64,000 nt of DNA from Candidatus Magasanikiibacteriota bacterium (lineage in GTDB: Bacteria > Patescibacteriota > Patescibacteriia > Magasanikbacterales > UBA922): positions 915,201 to 979,200 of the forward strand of contig JAKITS010000001.1 of NCBI GenBank assembly GCA_021648085.1, read 5' to 3'. The notes beneath the pieces were generated by a model, which was given only the letters and a program-made list of their open reading frames with translations, was not told the origin of the DNA and did not search any database. The position numbers and the translations under genes are program-made. Below are positions 61,383-64,000 of this stretch, piece after piece. How positions within the stretch are numbered: position 1 is the first letter of the stretch; the number at the start of each line of letters is the position of its first letter.

Positions 61383-64000
61383 ATGAAGGAATTAGATAAG
61401 GCATACGAGCCAAAAAAGTTTGAGGATAAAATTTACAAAAGTTGGGAAGACTCTGGATTTTTTAGTCCAGACGAATGCGTTAAAAAAGGTGTTACAAAAA
61501 AAGATGCAAAACCTTTTTCAATAGTATTGCCTCCGCCAAATGTGACAGGAACACTTCATATGGGGCACGCTATGATGCTCGCTATTGAAGATGTGATGGT
61601 TCGTTATCACAGAATGAAAGGAGATAAGACTTTGTGGCTTCCTGGGACTGATCATGCTGCAGTTGCAACAGAGACAAAAGTAGAAAAAATGTTGATAGAC
61701 GCTGGAATGCAAAAACCAAAAGAAACTTTAGGAAGAGAAAAATTTTTGGATGAAGTAAGAAAATTTGCACAAGAATCTCACGACACAATAGTCCATCAAA
61801 CAAAAAAAATAGGAGCAAGTTTGGATTGGGGTCGCGAGGCTTTTACGCTGGACGAAAAAAGACATAAAGCAGTAAACACAGTTTTCAAAAAAATGTTTGA
61901 CGACGGTCTTATTTACCGCGGTCATAGAGTTATCAACTGGTCTGTTGCTGGGCAATCTACTTGTAGCGACGACGAACTTGTGCATTTGGAGCGTCCTACA
62001 AAACTCTACACTTTTAAATATTCCAAAGATTTTCCAATTGAAATTGCAACAACACGCCCAGAAACAAAATTGGGTGATACTGCAGTTGCGGTAAACCCAG
62101 AAGACAAAAGATATAAAGAATTTGTTGGGCAAACTTTTAGTATAGATGTGGGAGCTTTTAAACCCTTAGAAATAAAAATAATTGCAGACGAAGAGGTAAA
62201 TCCAGAATTTGGAACTGGGGCTGTTGGTGTGACGCCTGCTCATAGCAAAGTTGACTTCGAAATGTACGAAAGGCAAAAAGCAAAAAATGAACCAATTGAA
62301 CTTATTCAAGTAATTGGTGAAGATGGAAAAATGAATGAAAACTCTGGAAAATATAAAGGACTTACAGTTTTGAAAGCACGAGAAAAATTTGTAGAATATT
62401 TAGAAAGTGAAGGTCTTCTTGTTAAAACAGAAGATATAACACAAAATGTTGGAACTTCTGACAGGTTTAAAGATGTTGTAGAAGCATTACCAAAAACACA
62501 GTGGTTTGTAAATGTGAATAAAAAATTTGTACTTCCAAAATCAAACTTAAAAGGTGTGGAAAGTGGGAGTGAAGTGACACTAAGAGAATTGATGCAAAAA
62601 GTTGTTCAAAATAAAGAAATTGAAATTTTACCAAACAGATTTGAAAAAACTTATTTTCATTGGATAGACAATTTGCGCGACTGGTGTATTAGTCGCCAGA
62701 TTTGGTATGGGCATAGGATTCCTGTTTGGTACAAAGGCTACGAGGTTTATTCTGGAGTAGAAGCTCCAGAGGATGATGGTTGGGAGCAAGATCCAGACAC
62801 ACTGGACACATGGTTTAGTTCTGGAATTTGGACATTTTCAACACTTGGCTGGCCAGATGATCTAAAAGATATGGAATTTCACCCAACTTCTGTTTTGGAG
62901 ACAGGGTATGATATTCTATTCTTTTGGGTTGCAAGAATGATTCTAATGACGACTTATACTTTGGGCGAAGTTCCTTTCAAAACTGTGTACTTGCACGGAA
63001 TGGTAAGAGATGAAAAAGGAAGAAAAATGAGTAAATCTATAGGAAATATCATAAACCCACTAGATATGATAGAAAAGTATGGCACAGACGCCACACGACT
63101 TTCTTTGCTTATTGGTGGAACTCCTGGAAATGATATGAAATTGTCCGAGGAAAAAGTTGCAGGATTTAGGAATTTTACAAATAAACTTTGGAATATTTCT
63201 AGGTTTATTTTGATGAATATAGAAAATCCACAAAAAGATATTGAGCGACCTGAGCCAAAAACTTTGGCGGATAAATTTATTTATTATAAATTGGATAATT
63301 TAATACATTTATCAGTGGTTAGCTTAGAGAATAATATGTTTTCTAAAGTTGGAGAAAGATTGCGAGACTTTACTTGGGGAGAATTGGCAGATTGGTATTT
63401 GGAAATTGCAAAAGTTGAAGGAAATAAACCTGAAATTTTAAATTATATTTTGAATACAATTCTTAAACTTTGGCATCCATTTATGCCATTCGTCACAGAA
63501 GCGATTTGGCAAGAAGTTTATGGTGAAAATGAAGTATTAATGGTAGAAAAATATCCGGAATCTACAGGAGATGAGCAAAAATATATTTCTGAATATGATA
63601 AGTTTTTCTTTTTGCAAAATTTTATTACAGAAATTCGTGTAAAAAGAAATAATAACAAAGTAAAACCAAAAGAAAAAATCGATGCATTTATTTTAAGTGA
63701 GAAATATAAAGAATTGTTTACTCAAAATAGTGAGATAATTAAAAAATTAGCAAACATATCTGAGTTGAATTTTGTAGATGAAGCTCCAAACAATAAAAAT
63801 TTGATTAAGTTTGCGACTAGAAATTATACAATTTATTTAGAGATAGATATAAACCTAGAAGAGCAAAAAGAAAGAATCCAAAAAGAAATAGATTTTGTAG
63901 CGCCGTTTGTAAAGGTTTTGGAAGGAAAATTAACAAACAAGAATTTTGTGCAAAATGCTCCTGTAGAATTGGTAGAGGAAGAAAGAAAAAGATTGGAAGA
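61383..64000 (+). CDS. valS: Valyl-tRNA synthetase (5' part; the gene runs past the window end)
   Basis: …PPPNVTGTLHMGHA… (HIGH motif), …WLPGTDHAA… and the KMSKS-like RKMSKSIGN. The open frame continues to position 64000 without a stop. Confidence 0.9.
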   Translation, partial: MKELDKAYEPKKFEDKIYKSWEDSGFFSPDECVKKGVTKKDAKPFSIVLPPPNVTGTLHMGHAMMLAIEDVMVRYHRMKGDKTLWLPGTDHAAVATETKVEKMLIDAGMQKPKETLGREKFLDEVRKFAQESHDTIVHQTKKIGASLDWGREAFTLDEKRHKAVNTVFKKMFDDGLIYRGHRVINWSVAGQSTCSDDELVHLERPTKLYTFKYSKDFPIEIATTRPETKLGDTAVAVNPEDKRYKEFVGQTFSIDVGAFKPLEIKIIADEEVNPEFGTGAVGVTPAHSKVDFEMYERQKAKNEPIELIQVIGEDGKMNENSGKYKGLTVLKAREKFVEYLESEGLLVKTEDITQNVGTSDRFKDVVEALPKTQWFVNVNKKFVLPKSNLKGVESGSEVTLRELMQKVVQNKEIEILPNRFEKTYFHWIDNLRDWCISRQIWYGHRIPVWYKGYEVYSGVEAPEDDGWEQDPDTLDTWFSSGIWTFSTLGWPDDLKDMEFHPTSVLETGYDILFFWVARMILMTTYTLGEVPFKTVYLHGMVRDEKGRKMSKSIGNIINPLDMIEKYGTDATRLSLLIGGTPGNDMKLSEEKVAGFRNFTNKLWNISRFILMNIENPQKDIERPEPKTLADKFIYYKLDNLIHLSVVSLENNMFSKVGERLRDFTWGELADWYLEIAKVEGNKPEILNYILNTILKLWHPFMPFVTEAIWQEVYGENEVLMVEKYPESTGDEQKYISEYDKFFFLQNFITEIRVKRNNNKVKPKEKIDAFILSEKYKELFTQNSEIIKKLANISELNFVDEAPNNKNLIKFATRNYTIYLEIDINLEEQKERIQKEIDFVAPFVKVLEGKLTNKNFVQNAPVELVEEERKRLE

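Overview
This 64-kb window is AT-rich (roughly one-third GC) and densely packed with housekeeping genes. It looks like a reduced-genome bacterium, and the style of several genes is consistent with a CPR/Patescibacteria-like organism, but I infer that from gene content only.

Recognisable genes, in order:
- Minus-strand block: an M42-family peptidase, recA, a RodZ-like membrane protein and ftsK.
- Plus strand: rpoB and rpoC, then yebC and ruvC.
- rpsO, a NYN-domain protein and pnp.
- An ABC ATPase with an FtsX-like permease.
- tRNA-Leu, a small Smr-like ORF, and a 23S plus 5S rRNA pair with no 16S nearby.
- fba, a pyrophosphorylase-only glmU-like gene, glmS, a small P-loop protein, an EndoQ-like PHP/zinc-ribbon nuclease and an HD hydrolase.
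- tRNA-Ile(UAU), an rluD-like gene, gmk and rplS.
- On the minus strand: uvrA, a Cys-rich membrane protein and a DsbA-like protein.
- rpsB, tsf, gap, pgk, a SIMPL-domain protein, eno and two tandem gpmI paralogues.
- A partial valS at the right edge.

The most notable non-genic signal is a conserved core of about 125 nt present three times in the same orientation, the first just inside the left edge of the window at about 99..258. In every copy it is bracketed by a different perfect inverted repeat. Two copies sit between a strong promoter and a downstream gene, and one of those downstream genes is a tRNA. Its sequence strongly suggests a structured RNA or a hairpin-targeting miniature element; I cannot match it to a known family.

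Other points worth a second look:
- A roughly 160-nt near-perfect palindrome immediately 3' of tRNA-Leu.
- Several GC-rich intergenic islands that may be ncRNAs or leaders, near 9030..9185, 20785..21039 and 59290..59440.
- Tandem, diverged gpmI (2,3-bisphosphoglycerate-independent phosphoglycerate mutase) genes.
- A 991-aa protein with 84-bp tandem repeats.
- An ABC ATPase carrying a repeat-bearing C-terminal extension.
- An operon pairing a single-cysteine DsbA-like protein with a Cys-rich membrane protein.

I found no CRISPR array, IS element or transposase.
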